Below, piece by piece: positions 1 to 12,400 of a DNA stretch of 64,000 nt. Source of the DNA: Mobula hypostoma. Its lineage: Eukaryota. Numbering within the stretch: the first letter of the stretch is position 1; each line of letters starts with the position of its first letter. The notes under the pieces were generated by a model that was not told the origin of the DNA, did not search any database, and saw only the letters and a program-made list of their open reading frames with translations. Position numbers and translations under genes: made by a program. The stretch covers positions 226,798,001 to 226,862,000 of the forward strand of contig NC_086097.1 in the NCBI RefSeq assembly GCF_963921235.1, written 5' to 3'.

Positions 1-608
1 AGAAAAGCAGAGTATTTTCTAAATTGACAGAGACTGGGCGACATTGATCTTCAAAGGGATGGAGGTGTCTCCCATACAGTAGTCTCTGAAAGCAAACTTT
101 TGGGCATAGAAAATAATTAGGAAGACAAATTGTATGCAGCTTTTATTATGAGAGGATTAGAGCATAGATGTGAAAATGACAGTACAATTATAGAGGGCCT
201 TGGTAAGATTATTAGTGGAGTATTGTGTACAGCTCTCATCTCCTTACCAATGTTTATATCTGCCATAGATTGAGTAGAGCAACAATTCATTAAACTAGTT
301 CTGGAGAAATTGAATAGACAAGGTCTATATTTTCTATAGAACATCTGGTGATCTTACAGGGCTTGACCGCTTAGAATCATGGAGGATGTTTACCCCGGCT
401 AAGGTGATCAGAACTAGGGGTGACAATCCCATAATTCAGTGTAGATCACTGGGAACTGAGATGGAGAGACTTTTTTTTCACTCAAAATGATAAACCTTTG
501 GAATTCTACACCCTGATTTTCTTTGCAAGTTCAGATGTAACAGATGTCTTTCAAAACAGATGCCCATAGACTTCTGGATATTAAGTGAATCTGGGGAAAT
601 AGGGATAC
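1..608 (+). mobile_element. Old, decayed CR1 LINE 3' fragment (continues at about 4834-4935 after the Gypsy insertion)
   Basis: Degenerate match to the CR1 ORF2 C-terminal AFI.RG.EY...LY.ALVRP.LEYCVQ block (about 140-230) also seen intact at 15469-16020; many indels. Confidence 0.7.
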
Positions 609-827
609 TGTAGTGATGTGCTACACACAGAGCTAGAAATAATGACATGCAGTCTGTAAGTCGCACTCGAGACTCGTTTATTCAAACTTCGCGGCACTGG
701 CTTTTAAGCAGTTCCCTTCCAGCCCTCTCCGGGCAGAAATGACGTCAGAGGTGCATTACAAAAGTATCTTCCCACGCGTGGGCTATTTTGTGAGCTGGTT
801 CACTTGTGTAGAAAGTGGGTCGCCACA
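609..827 (-). repeat. 3' LTR of the Gypsy element
   Basis: Direct repeat of 4615-4833 (14 differences in 219 bp by manual count); AATAAA on the minus strand at 677-682; TGACGTCA at 740-747; adjoins the PPT. Confidence 0.97.
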
Positions 828-3800
828 TAACCCCCCCCCCCCAGACCCCCAGAACCAGCGATACACTCCAAATGTCCACAGTCTGGATCGGCCTCTGTTT
901 GGGCGGTCTGCCTCTGCGCCGTGGTGCCCAAACCTCGACCGGCTGCGCCAAGTCCACATGGGCCGGTTTGAGTTGGTCCACCGTGAAAACCTCCTCTTTC
1001 CTCCAAATGTCCAGAATGTACGTGGACCCGTTGTTACTGATCACCTTGAACAGCCCCTCATACGGCCCCTGTACCGGTGCCCGGTGTGCGCCCCTTCGTA
1101 CAAATACAAACTTACAGTTCTGCAGATCTCTGGGTACACAGGTCGGGATCTGTCCAGGCTGTGAAGTTAGTACGGGGGCCAGGTTGCCGAGCCTTTCGCG
1201 TAGTCTGTCCAGAACTGCTGTGGGTTCTTCCTCTTGCCCCCTTGGAGCTGGTATGAACTCTCCTGGGACGACCAGGGGTGCGCCATTCACCAGCTTGGCC
1301 GACGAGGTGTGCAGATCCTCTTTGGGCGCTGTGCGGGTTCCAAGCAGGACCCAGGGAAGCTCGTCCACCCAGTTAGGCCCTTTCAGGCGGGCCATGAGAG
1401 CCGACTTCAGGTGACGGTGGAAACGCTCCACTAGTCCGTTCGACTGTGGGTGGTAGGCAGTTGTGTGGTGTAATTGCGTTCCCAACAGGCTGGCCATAGC
1501 CGACCACAGGCTGGAGGTGAACTGGGCGCCTCTGTCAGAGGTAATGTGGGCCGGTATCCCAAAGCGTGCTACCCAGGTTGCAATCAGTGCTCGGGCGCAG
1601 GAATCGGCAGTGGTGTCGTTGAGCGGGACTGCCTCTGGCCATCTGGTGAACCGGTCTATCATAGTTAGGAGGTACCGCGCTCCTCGCGACACTGGCAGGG
1701 GCCCCACGATATCCACATGGATGTGGTCGAACCTCCGGCGGGTGGGTTTGAACTGCTGCGGCGGGGCTTTGGTGGGCTGCTGCACCTTTGCCGTTTGGCA
1801 CTGCGTGCATGTTTTGGCCCATTCGCTGACCTGTTTGCAAAGTCCGTGCCACACGAATTTGCTGGAGACCATCCGGACGGTTGTCCTGGTAGATGGGTGC
1901 GCCAAGCCGTGTATGGAGTTGAAAACTCACCGCTGCCAGGCTTCCGGGACGATGGGGCGAGGTTGGCCAGTGGCCACATCACACAGGAGGGTCTTCTCAC
2001 CTGGGCCTACGAGGAAGTCTTGCAGCTGCAAACCCGAGACTGCGGTCCTGTAGCAGGGCATCTCGTCGTCTGCCTGCTGTGCCTCTGCCAGTGCTGCATA
2101 GTCCACCCCCTGGGACAGGGCCTGGATAGCTGGTCTGGAGAGTGCGTCCGCCACGACGTTGTCCTTTCCCGAGACATGCTGGATGTCTGTCGTGTACTCT
2201 GAGATGTAGGACAGATGTCGCTGCTGGTGGACCAACCAGGGATTGGACACCTTCATGAACGTGAAGGTCAACGGTTTGTGGTCCGCGAACGTGGTGAACT
2301 ACCTGAAATGCCGGATTGCCAGATATAGTGCCAACAGCTCCCGGTTGAAGGCACTGTACTTGAGTTCGGGTGGCCGTGGGTGCCTGCTGAAGAACGCCAG
2401 GGGTTGCCAGTCCCCTTCGATGAGTTGCTCCAGCACCCCACCGACTGCTGTGTTGGATGTGTCCACTGTGAGGGCGGTTGGAACGTCCGTTCTGGGGTGC
2501 ACCAGCATTGCGGCGTCTGCCAAGGCTTCCTTGGCTTTAATGAAAGCCGTCACGGTGTCTTCGTCCCAAGTAATGTCCTTGCCATTGCCCGACATCAGGG
2601 TGAACAAAGGGCGCATGATACAGGCTGCTGAGGGGAGGAAGCGGTGGTAGAAGTTCACCATACCAACGAACTCCTGCAGGCCTTTGACTGTGTTGGGCCG
2701 GGCGAAGTGGCGGACTGCGTCTACCTTGGCGGACAGAGGTGTTGCCCCGCCTTTGGTAATCCTGTGGCCCAGGAAGTCAATGGTGTCGAGTCCAAACTGG
2801 CATTTGGCCAGGTTGATTGTGAGGCCGAAATCACTCAGGCGGAAGTAGAGCTGGCGGAGGCTCCTGACAACTACTGCTAGCTATGAGAATGTTGTCCAAA
2901 TAGATGAACGCAAAGTCCAGGCTGCATCCATTAGCCGCTGGAAGATCTGTGCAGCATTCTGCAGGCCAAACGGCATTCGGAGGAATTCGAACAGGCTGAA
3001 CAGGGTGATGAGTGCTGTTTTGAGGATGTCTTCAGGGTGTACCGGAATTTGATGGTACTCCCAGACAAGGTCTACTTTGGAAAAGATGCTTGCCCCGTGC
3101 AAGTTTACTGCAAAGTCCTGCATGTGTGGCACGGGGTAGCGGTCTGGAGTTGTAGCCTCGTTCAGTCTGAGGTAGTCGCCGCATGGTCTCCAGCCCCCGG
3201 CTGCTTTGGGCACCATGTGCAGGGGGGAGGCCCATGGGCTGTCGAACTGCCATATGATCCCCAATTACTCCATCCTCTTGAATTCCTCCTTCGCCAGGCG
3301 GAGCTTGTCCAGGGGGGGAGCCTTCGTGCGCAGGCATGGAGGGGTGGTCCCTGGGTTGGAATGTGGTGCTGTACTCCGTGTCTGGGCATGGCTGCCGTGA
3401 ACTGCGGTGCCAGAACTGATGGAAAGTCCGCCAGGATTCTGGTGAATTCGTTGTCAGACAGCGTGATGGAGTGCAGGTGTGGGGCCGGCAACTTGGCTTC
3501 ACCCAGGGAGAACGTCTGGAAAGTCTTGGCATGGACCAGTCATTTCCCTTGCAAGCCGACCAGCCGGCTGTGGGCTCGCAAGAAGTCCGCCCACAGGAGT
3601 GGTTGGGCCATGGAGGCCAGTGTGAAGTCCCACGTGAACCAGCTGGCGCCAAACTGCAGCTGCACTGTGCGGGTGCTGTAGGTCCGTATCATGCTGCCGT
3701 TTGCAGCCCTCAGGGTGGGTCCCGGCACGCTGTTGTGGGTGTCGTACCCCATCAGGGGTAAGACGCTGATCTCCGCTCCGGTGTCGACCAAGAAGCGGCA

Positions 3801-3887
3801 CCCCGACTGTTTGTCCCAGACGTACAGGAGGCTGTCCTGGTGGCCAGCCGTTGTAGCCATTAGCGGCGGCTGGCCCTGGCGTTTCCC
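745..3887 (-). pseudogene. pol: Gypsy pol (protease, RT, RNase H, integrase), broken by frameshifts and stops
   Basis: FLVDTGAEISVLP protease; [12 protein letters not shown]...WRPCGDY...[14 protein letters not shown] changed to YLDN (2891-2902); LTVDTS...LAFFSR...YSAFNRELLA RNase H; HIHVDIVGPLP...ITSDRGAQF...NGLVERFH integrase (ORF 745-1905). Confidence 0.95.
828..856 (-). promoter_or_regulatory. Polypurine tract of the Gypsy element
   Basis: C-run on plus (G-run on minus) immediately internal to the 3' LTR. Confidence 0.9.
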
Positions 3888-4575
3888 GGGAACTTGCAGG
3901 GCGGGCGACAATGGTGGGCTTCTGTGCCCCACCGCTGGTGGTAGAAACACCACTGTTCATTGGCCTCCTCACTCCTGCCTCTGGGTTGTGTGCACTCCGT
4001 TGCCGGGCCTGGTCTGGCCTGCTGTTGGGCGTGCAGTTTGGTAATCTGTCCGACGGACGCCCTGCTCTCCCTCTTGGCTTTCCACAGCACGTCTGCACGG
4101 CCCACCACCTTCCGGGGGTCACTGAAATCTGCGTCCGCCAGCAGCAGATGTATGTCCTCAGGCAGTTGCTCTAGGAATGCCTGCTCAAACATGAGGCAGG
4201 GCTTGTGTCCTTCAGCCAGGGCCAACATCTCGTTCATTAATGCTGACGGCGGCCTGGCTCCCAAACCGTCCAGGTGCAGCAAGCGGGCACCTCGCTCACG
4301 CCGTGAGAGGCCAAAGCTCCCTAAGAGCAGCGCTTTGAATGTTGCATATTTGCCTTCTTTGCGGGGGTGGGGGGTGAATGTATGAAATCCCCAACCCGTG
4401 CGGCTGTCTCCTGGTCAAGGGACCTCACCACGTAAGAGTAACGTGTGGAATCCGAAGATATCTGCTGAATCTGGAACTGGGCTTCTGCTTGATCAAACCA
4501 CACGCGTGGTCGCAGCATCCAGAAAGTTGGCAGCTTTAGCGAAACTGCCTGAACAGATAAAGAAGAGTCGATCAT
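3860..4575 (-). pseudogene. gag: Gypsy gag, frameshifted
   Basis: ATG at 4575; AVSLKLPTFW...WFDQAEAQF N-terminus; C-terminal WCFYHQRWG...CRPPC Cys/His motif; split over ORFs 4321-4614 and 3860-4282. Confidence 0.88.
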
Positions 4576-4599
4576 CTTTGGTCCAAATCCCGTTTGGAC

Positions 4600-4613
4600 C
4601 GTCGGGGTCACCA
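4600..4613 (-). promoter_or_regulatory. Primer-binding site complementary to the 3' end of tRNA-Trp
   Basis: Minus strand TGGTGACCCCGACG one base after the 5' LTR; complement of the vertebrate tRNA-Trp end ...CGUCGGGGUCACCA. Confidence 0.9.
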
Positions 4614-4614
4614 A

Positions 4615-4833
4615 TGTAGCGATATGCTACACACAGAGCTAGAAGTGACGACATGCAGTCTGTAAGTCGCACTCCAGACTCATTTATTCAAACTTCATGG
4701 CACTGGCTTTTAAGCAGTTCCCTTCCAGCCCTCTCCGGGCGGAAATGACGTCAGAGGTGCATTACAAAAGTCTCTCCCCGCGCGTGGGCTATTTTGTGAG
4801 CTGGTTCGCTTGTGTAGAAAGTGGGTCGCCACA
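4615..4833 (-). repeat. 5' LTR of the Gypsy element
   Basis: Direct repeat of 609-827; adjoins the PBS; CRE palindrome TGACGTCA at 4746-4753. Confidence 0.97.
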
Positions 4834-5671
4834 ATACTACAGAAAAAACAGTATTGAGATAAAAGGTTAGCCATTATCTTAACAAATGGTCGAGCACACT
4901 CAAATGGCAAAATGGTGAACACGATTTCTTATATACTTATGAGAGCTTTGCTCAAGTCTACATTAAGCGTCGGCATACTATCAAATGGATTGCATCCTCA
5001 ATCCTATCTACCCAGTCTCTGTGTCTTCTGGCACATGCAGCTTGAATAGCACCCGCCCTGGAGCCATATCTAGATGTAGTTCAGTTATGTCCCTCAACCG
5101 ATTCAGCAATAGCACACTACAGCTCTGCTGCAGGTTCTGAGTGTACTCTCCCACAATATCCTAATTGTGCTAGAGCAATCATCATCCTCAACAAACGCAT
5201 TGCAAAAGTCAGTTTTCTGCCTGATGCCAAAAGGCTAACTTGGGATGCCTACAGTTAACCTGTTGGAAATATTCAGTTAAGTTTAGAGAAATATCAGAGT
5301 CGTGCCTTGGTTCATTTTTGCCCCTATTTTCTTTCAGTGCATTATTTTGTAATGAAAAATACCAATGAGCCAGAAGAAAGTTCAGATTGATATTTCTTCC
5401 CAAATAATGTGATAATTATTCATCTGGTGTGAGGTTCAGCCGTGTGCATCATTACTATTTTTTCAGATATTCAGAAATTGTATAAGCTGCCACTTTGCAT
5501 AATGATGCAGTCCTGAGGAAATTGAATATTAAAAAAGAGAGTCTTGCCAGGGACATTTTCCAGAAATTTTCGTCCAAGATATAATTTGCCATTCTGTGCT
5601 AATCTATTCAGTTGAGTTAATTTTTTAAAAATCATGATACCAGTACAGATACAAGATCCACTCAACAAAAT

Positions 5672-5810
5672 TTGTCCTGAAAAAGGGTCTCGGCCCAAAA
5701 TGTCAATTGTCTGAATTTTTTTCCATAGATCCCGCCTGACCTGCTGAGTTCCTCCAGCATTTTGTGTGTGTTGCTTCAGATTTCCAGCATCTGCAGACTT
5801 CCTCATGTTT
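5672..5810 (+). mobile_element. Penelope-like terminal-repeat fragment with a decayed hammerhead motif
   Basis: gtcctgaaaaagggtctcggcccaaaatgtc...ctgacctgctgagttcctccagcattttgtgtgtgttgc, homologous to 8230-8325. Confidence 0.75.
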
Positions 5811-7398
5811 AAAATGTTACAGATGTTACTTTGGTGAAAAACTGTGCATTCAAGCTGTGCCTTTACCTTCTAATCAAAAAGAAAACTTGTCTTTAAATTT
5901 CCAAAAGATCAGAACTGCTATTGATTATATCTAACTACGGTTTGTAGGTTTAATATGTACACTTCCGAATGTTAATTTAATAAAGGAAAGCAGTGTGCAG
6001 CCCTCTTTTATCTATTTACTGCATCTAAGATCTATTCAAAAATCAATTGCAGTAAATTAATGGAAAAACGCAACAATAATGCAATCCAGTAATCACTGAC
6101 CACTGAATAGATCCATTGATTTGAAGATGCTCCTCATCCATGAGGAGAGCTTATTATCCTGGTTTAGAGTCTTCATTTGCACCTGGCCATCTGGAAAGGA
6201 AACACACCGGGGAGGGTTTGACAACACGAGCAAATCTGAGATTAGGCAGCCCCACACATATGCCCATAAACCCTGGCAGGAGAGCTAGCTGGTTGGCTGC
6301 CAATGCTCTGACAGTCAGCTTGAAACACAAGTGAGACATCAATCATTTGACATCTTCAGACTTACCTCAGGACTCTCAGAGATCTTTCCTTCCATCCGTA
6401 TATATTTTTATACAAGTGCACTGTAGCACCCATTTGAAACAATACCTCACGGACCAGAGCAAGAAAAGATCAGTACGTTTGCAATGGCTCTGAAGATCCT
6501 ACACCTGATCTAGTGTAAGTCCTGAAATCACTCTGGCCGAGCCACACAAGATTTCATCATTGGAGGCCGACTTAGCCCTAGTACTGAACCAGTATCCCAA
6601 ATCAGATTTATTTTTTGTGGCTCCTAGCATGATTTCTGACCACAATCAGCAGCTTGGCAGTACCAATAATGTTATGGTGCTACAACAAGGCCATATTTTG
6701 GCATCTTTAAAAGGTTAGAAAATTGGTCAGAGAAACAAGCATCATCCACATGGAAGTATTGATCAGAAATAAAGGAAGTAGTGGCCTCTGTCAAACCTTC
6801 ACCATTAATACGATGAATTTTTCAGGCTAAATTACCAAATTCCTGAGCTATGCCAAATTTTCCTGGATAAAGGAACATCGAGAATGGAGCAAACATGGGT
6901 GAATTCACCAGTACCACCAGCCCACATGCTGCAGCAGCATAAAACATTATTCATTACACAGTGAAAGACTAGGGCCAGCCAGCTCCCTTGGAAATTAAGT
7001 CTACAATTCAGGTCAAGCAGGTAAAGTGGTGACAATATTTTCATCAGTTTTGCACGGGATGGCAGAGAGAGGTACAGAATATTTATTCTTCCACATGCCT
7101 CTGTAGCAAAGAAGTGGAAATGGGCATTTCCTCAAGCAAATGTTCAGACTTAGAGTTTTATAAGTGCTTGGAAAGAATTTAAATTTGAAACTTAGCACTC
7201 TTCTGATACAAAGTGTTCCTAAATGGCCATCTGGAGGTGAGGTGTAGTTTGTTTCTGCATCACTCACGCAGAATTGAGTGATGAGTGATATGAATGGACA
7301 GTGAGAAATGAATTTGGACATTCAGGCATTAGACATTTGAAGAAAGATCAAAACCTGACTGCATCAACACACAATTAATGGAACAGAATTGCTCCTAT

Positions 7399-7614
7399 TG
7401 TAGGTTTTCGCCAATAACAACAACATGGGGCATTTTATGCTTAAGGAAAACCATAACAACTCATTTATTGTACTCTGAACACTGAACACAAAGTGCGGTA
7501 ACTGAACTTCACGTGATTACGCCATCAAGTCAGACCAGCCTCTTAAAGTGAACCCCAACTCAATGTTGGTGGTTGTGAATTATGTATGTTTCCACCAATT
7601 TACATTACCCTACA
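7399..7614 (-). mobile_element. Probable short solo LTR
   Basis: TGTAGG...CCTACA termini, 216 bp, minus-strand AATAAA near 7464; flanks CTAT/CTCT match 3 of 4 once the adjacent Penelope insertion is removed. Confidence 0.45.
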
Positions 7615-7616
7615 CT

Positions 7617-8325
7617 TCACCTGTGAGTCGGCTGGGGTGATATACTGCGTCTGGTGCTCCCGATGTGGCCTTCTATATATTGGCGAGACCTGACGCAGAC
7701 TGGGAGATTGTTTCACTGAACACCTATGCTCTGTCCGCCAGAGAAAGCAGGATCTCCCAGTGGCCACACATTTTAATTCCACATCCCATTCCCATTCTGA
7801 TATGTCGATCCATGGCCTCCTGTACTGTAAAGATGAAGCCACACTCAGGTTGGAGGAACAACACCTTATATTCTGTCTGGGTAGCCTCCAACCTGATGGC
7901 ATGAACATTAACTTCTCCAACTTCTGCTGATGCCCCACCTCCCCCTCGTACCCCATCTGTTATTTATTTATATACACACATTCTTTCTCTCTCTCTCCTT
8001 TTTCTCCCTCTGTCCCTCTGACTATACCCCTTGCCCATCCTCTGGGTTTTCTCCCCCCTCCCCCTTTTCCTTCTCCCTGGGCCTCCTGTCCCATGATCCT
8101 CTCCTATCCCTTTTGCCAATTACCTGTCCAGCTCTTGGCTCCATCCCTCCACCTCTCGTCTCCTCCTATCATTTTGGATCTCCCCCTCCCCCTCCCACTT
8201 TCAAATCTCTTGCTAGCTCTTCCTTCAGTTAGTCCTGACGAAGGGTTTCGGCCCGAAACATCGACTGTACCTCTTCCTAGAGATGCTGCCTGGCCTGCTG
8301 CGTTCACCAGCAACTTTGATGTGTG
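7617..8325 (+). mobile_element. 5'-truncated Penelope-like element (GIY-YIG endonuclease remnant plus terminal repeat)
   Basis: Translates as HFTCESAGVIYCVWCSRCGLLYIGET*RRLGDCFTEHL (GIY-YIG); pyrimidine-rich tract; hammerhead motif; 12-bp TSD TTACCCTACACT at 7605-7616 and 8326-8337. Confidence 0.9.
8230..8267 (+). ncRNA. Minimal type I hammerhead ribozyme motif (cleavage triplet changed to AUC)
   Basis: UAGUC-CUGACGA-A-GGG(uuucgg)CCC-GAAAC-AUC-GACUG; stem I UAGUC/GACUG. Confidence 0.7.
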
Positions 8326-8424
8326 TTACCCTACACTCTAATATTTTAGAGTGGGATAATGATCACTATCATTGGTTGTGGAGCACAAGGCAGACTCAAA
8401 AGCCTGGTGAAATATTGGTAAAAA

Positions 8425-8850
8425 TTCAGATTTAGATTCATTTATCACATGTCCATCACAACATACAGTGCAATACGTCATTTGTGTTAACTACAAACAC
8501 AACCTAAGAATGTGCTGGGGGCAGCAGCAAGTGTTGTCACACATTTCGGCACCAACATAGCACACCCACAAAGCTGGGCAGAACAACAGAGAACACAACA
8601 AGTAACAAAACAACATACTCTCCCTGTGACTACACGGACTTAGCTTGGCTGCTCCGGCTTCCTTCCACACCCCATAGACACGTAGGGCAATATGTTTGAC
8701 CACCGTGCGCAAGGGAGCGGTGGAATCTGGGGCAAATTGATGGGAATATGGGGAGAATAAAATTGAGATAAGGTTAGGGTAATTGTTTGCCTGATGTTCA
8801 ACACAGATCTGGCAAGCTGAAGGACCTGCTTCCATACCGTACGACTCCAA
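8425..8850. mobile_element. Cluster of SINE or non-autonomous retroposon fragments
   Basis: 8455-8575 is homologous to 41260-41370 (minus-strand retroposon end); 8615-8700 resembles the V-SINE core at 25580-25660. Confidence 0.55.
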
Positions 8851-9104
8851 AGCTTCAGCTGATCCCAGATAGTGTGAGATTAATCCACGCAGATGTACAG
8901 TCCACCCAACCCATGAAAACCCATAGGCTGAGAGGCAGGCATTTCAGGTCAACTACGAAACAACCTTCTGAAAGAAAGAGTTGCTGAGTGTCAAGCAACT
9001 GCAGGACGTGCTCACTTCGTATTCTCAGTATCTATTGCCCAGACAGCAGTAGGTGGATGGGAATTGTATCACTTGCAAATTCCACTATTTCCCAGCATAA
9101 CAGA

Positions 9105-9235
9105 AATCATAAACATGAGAAAGTCTGCAGATGCTGGAAATCCAAATCAACACACTTAAAATGTTGGAGGAACTCAGCAGGTCAGGCGGCATCTATGGAA
9201 ATGAATGAACAGTCAACGTTTCAGGCCCAGACCTA
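9105..9235 (-). mobile_element. Penelope-like terminal-repeat fragment
   Basis: Reverse complement of the conserved ctgcagatgctggaaatcc...ggaggaactcagcaggtcagg block. Confidence 0.75.
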
Positions 9236-9499
9236 CCAAAAATGCAGCTTTATCACTGGCTAATCCTGAAACTCTGTCCCTGTGGAGGGAATTCACTAAG
9301 CAGACAATGGAATTTCGAGGCAGTAGCTCAAGTATGAGTGAAGTGTAAGAGTCAACAAATCCTACGAAAGATTTCTGAATAAAACATGGGTGAGAGAATC
9401 ACTGTAGATTGATTCAAGAATAGTGATGAACATTTGGATGATTGAGAGGATGTACAATAAATATTCTTTTTTCCCCCCAGCTATTGTAGAATTCAGTCA

Positions 9500-12400
9500 G
9501 GGGCCAAAATCAAAAGGGTAATGAATACAGGACTGAAAGTGCTATACTTGAATGCATGCAGTATTAAGAATAAGGTCAGTGATCTGTAGCGCATAGAGAT
9601 TGGCAAGCATGATGTTGTAGGCATCACTGAGTTGTGGCAGAAAGAAGGACATAGTTGAGAGCCCACCATCAGGGCATCGAAGGATATGAGGAGAACACAG
9701 GAAAATGGGGTTGAGAGGGATAATAAATCAGCCATGGTGGAATGGCTGAACGGACTCGATAGGCCAAATGGATTAATTCTGCTCCTATGCCTTATGGTCT
9801 TATGATACAAATTGTATCAAAAGTATAGGCAGGTAGGCAAAGAGAGTGGCATGGCTCTATGGTAAAAGAAAATGAAATCAAATCTTAAGAAAGAGGTGAC
9901 ATGGGATCAGAAGATGTAGAATCTTTGTGGGTACAGCTAAGAAACTGCAAGCGTAAAAAGCACTGATGTGAGTTATACACAGGCCTTTGAACAGTAGCCA
10001 GGATGTGGGCTACAAATTACAATGGGAGATAGAAAAGGTGTGAAACAGGGCAATGGTGCAATAGTCACGAGGAATTTCAATGGGGAAATTTGGCTGGTGC
10101 TGGGTCTCAAAAGAGGGAATTTGTACAGTGCCTATGAGATGGCTTTTAGAGCAGCTTGTGGTTGAGCCCATTAGTGGAAAGGCAGTTCTGGATTAGATGT
10201 TGTGCACTGACCCAGACTTGATTAGTGAACTTAAGGTAAAAGAACCCTTAGGAGACAGTGACCAAAATAGAATTCATCCTGGAGCTTGCTAGAGATGTAT
10301 TACAGTGGAGTAAAGGGAATTACAGAGGCATGAGAGAGAGAGTTGGCCAAAGTTGATTGGGAGGGGACATTAGCAGGGCTGATGGAAGAACAGTAGTGGC
10401 TGGAGTTTCTAGGAGCAATTCGGAAGGCCCAGGAAAGATACATCCGGAAGATGAAGAAGTTTTCTAAAGGGAGGATGAGGCAACCGTGGCTAACAAGAGC
10501 AGTCAAAGACAGCAAAAAAGCAAAATAGAGTGCACATAATATAGCAAACATTAGTGGAAAGGTGGAGGACTGGGAAACTTCTATAAACCAACTGAAGGCA
10601 AATAAAAATGCAATAAAGAGACAAAAAATGAAATATGAAGTTAAGCTAGCCGGTAATATAAAGGAGGATACCAAAAGTTTCCTTTTCAGATATATAAAAA
10701 TTAAAAGAGAGACAAGAGTGAAGATCAGACAGCTGGAAAATGACACTGGAGAGGTAGGAGTGGGAAACAAGAAATGGTGGACAGACATAATAAATATTTT
10801 CCAACAGACTTTTTTGTGGATGACACCAGCAGAATGCCTGAAATGTGAGATTGTTAGGGGACAGAAGTGAGCATCACTGTTGCTGGAGGGACAGGACTGG
10901 CAGCTCAGTATTCCGGGTTTCCGTTGTTTTAGACGTGATAGAGCAGGAGGAATTAAAGGTGGCATTACTAGTCAGGGAAAATGTAATGGCAGTCCTCAAT
11001 CAGGAGAGACAGGAAAGCTCATCTAGTGAGACATTATGGGTGGACCTGAGGAATAAGAAAAGGTATGACCATGCTAATGGGATTATATTACAGACCACCC
11101 TAGAGTTTGTGGGATTTAGAGGAACACGTCTGTAGAGAGATCACAGACTGTTGCAAGAAACACAAGTTTGTGATAGTAGGTGATTTTAACTCTCCACATA
11201 TTGACATACTCCCTTACTGTAAAAGGACTAGATGGATAGAGTTTGTCAAATGTGTTCAGGGAAGTGCATAATCCCAACAGGAGACTATATAATACTTCAT
11301 CTCCTTTAGGGAATGAGACAGTACAGGTGACAGAAGTTGTGTAGGGGAGCACTTTGCATCTAGTGATCACAATGTCAATAGTTTCAATGTAATTATGGAA
11401 AAGGATAAGTCGAGTTCACGGGTTGAAATTCTAAATTGGAGAAAGGCCAATTTTGATGGCATCAGAAAGGATCCAGCAAATGTAGCTTGGGACATGTGTT
11501 TTTTCGGCAAAGGTGTTTTTGGTAAGTGAGAGGCCTTCAAAAGTAAAATTTTGAGAGTACGAAGCTTGCATGTTCCTGTCAGAATAAAAGGCAAGGACAG
11601 CATGTTTAGGGAACCTTGGTTTTCAAGAGATACTGAGAACCTAGTTAAGAAAAAAAAGGAGGTGCATAGCAGGTATAGGTAATCTATGCACAGAGCAAAA
11701 AGAGATGGGGATATCGTAAGTGGATTTACTGCATCATATTTACTCAGGAGATGGACACAGAGTCTATAGACGTGTTACAAAGCAGCAGCGAGTTCATAGA
11801 CCCTACGCAGACTACAGAGGAGGAGATGCTTGCTGTCTTGAGGCAAATTAGGGTGAACAAATCCCCAGTGCCTGACAAAGCGTTCCCTCTGACCCTGTGG
11901 GAGGCAAGTGCAGAAGTTGAAGGGGCCCAACAGTGATATTTAAATTGTCCTTAGTGACAGGTGAGGGACTGGAGGATTGGAGGACAGCTAAAGTTGTTCT
12001 GCTGTTTAAAAAAGGCTCTAAACAGAATCCAGGAAATTATAGGTTGGTGAGCCTGTCATCAATGGTGACAAACTCATCGGAAGGTATTCTAAGGGACTGG
12101 ATATATAAGTATTTGGATAGACACAGACTGATTAAGGATAGTCAGCATGACAGGAAAGATGTACAGTATATAAAATTGAAAGAATACAGAGAAAATTCAC
12201 GAGGATGTTGCCGGGACTGGAGGACCTGAGTTCTAAGGAAACATTGAATAGGTTAGAACTTTATTCCCTAGAACATACAAGATAGAGAGGAGATTTCTTA
12301 GAGGTACAGTATACAAAATTATGAAGGATATAGATAAGTGCAAGCGGGCTTTTTCCTGTGCGGTTAGGGAGACGACAACTAGAGGTCATGGATTAAGGGT

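Larger units (their letters stand above)
609..4833 (-). mobile_element. Full-length, non-functional Ty3/Gypsy LTR retrotransposon
   Basis: Two 219-bp TG...CA LTRs; 4-bp TSD ATAC at 605-608 and 4834-4837; domain order gag-PR-RT-RNaseH-IN on the minus strand; PBS and PPT present. Confidence 0.97.

Noticed and set aside
739..4385. Numerous plus-strand ORFs of 100-214 aa over the Gypsy element
   Set aside because: Antisense shadows of GC-rich gag/pol; no independent motifs
6130..6147. Short palindrome ctcctcatccatgaggag (similar ones near 8978 and 35283)
   Set aside because: Stems of 7-8 bp are expected by chance in 64 kb
10300..10965. 221-aa hydrophobic minus-strand ORF resembling a membrane protein
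   Set aside because: Antisense translation of an A-rich CR1 ORF2 region
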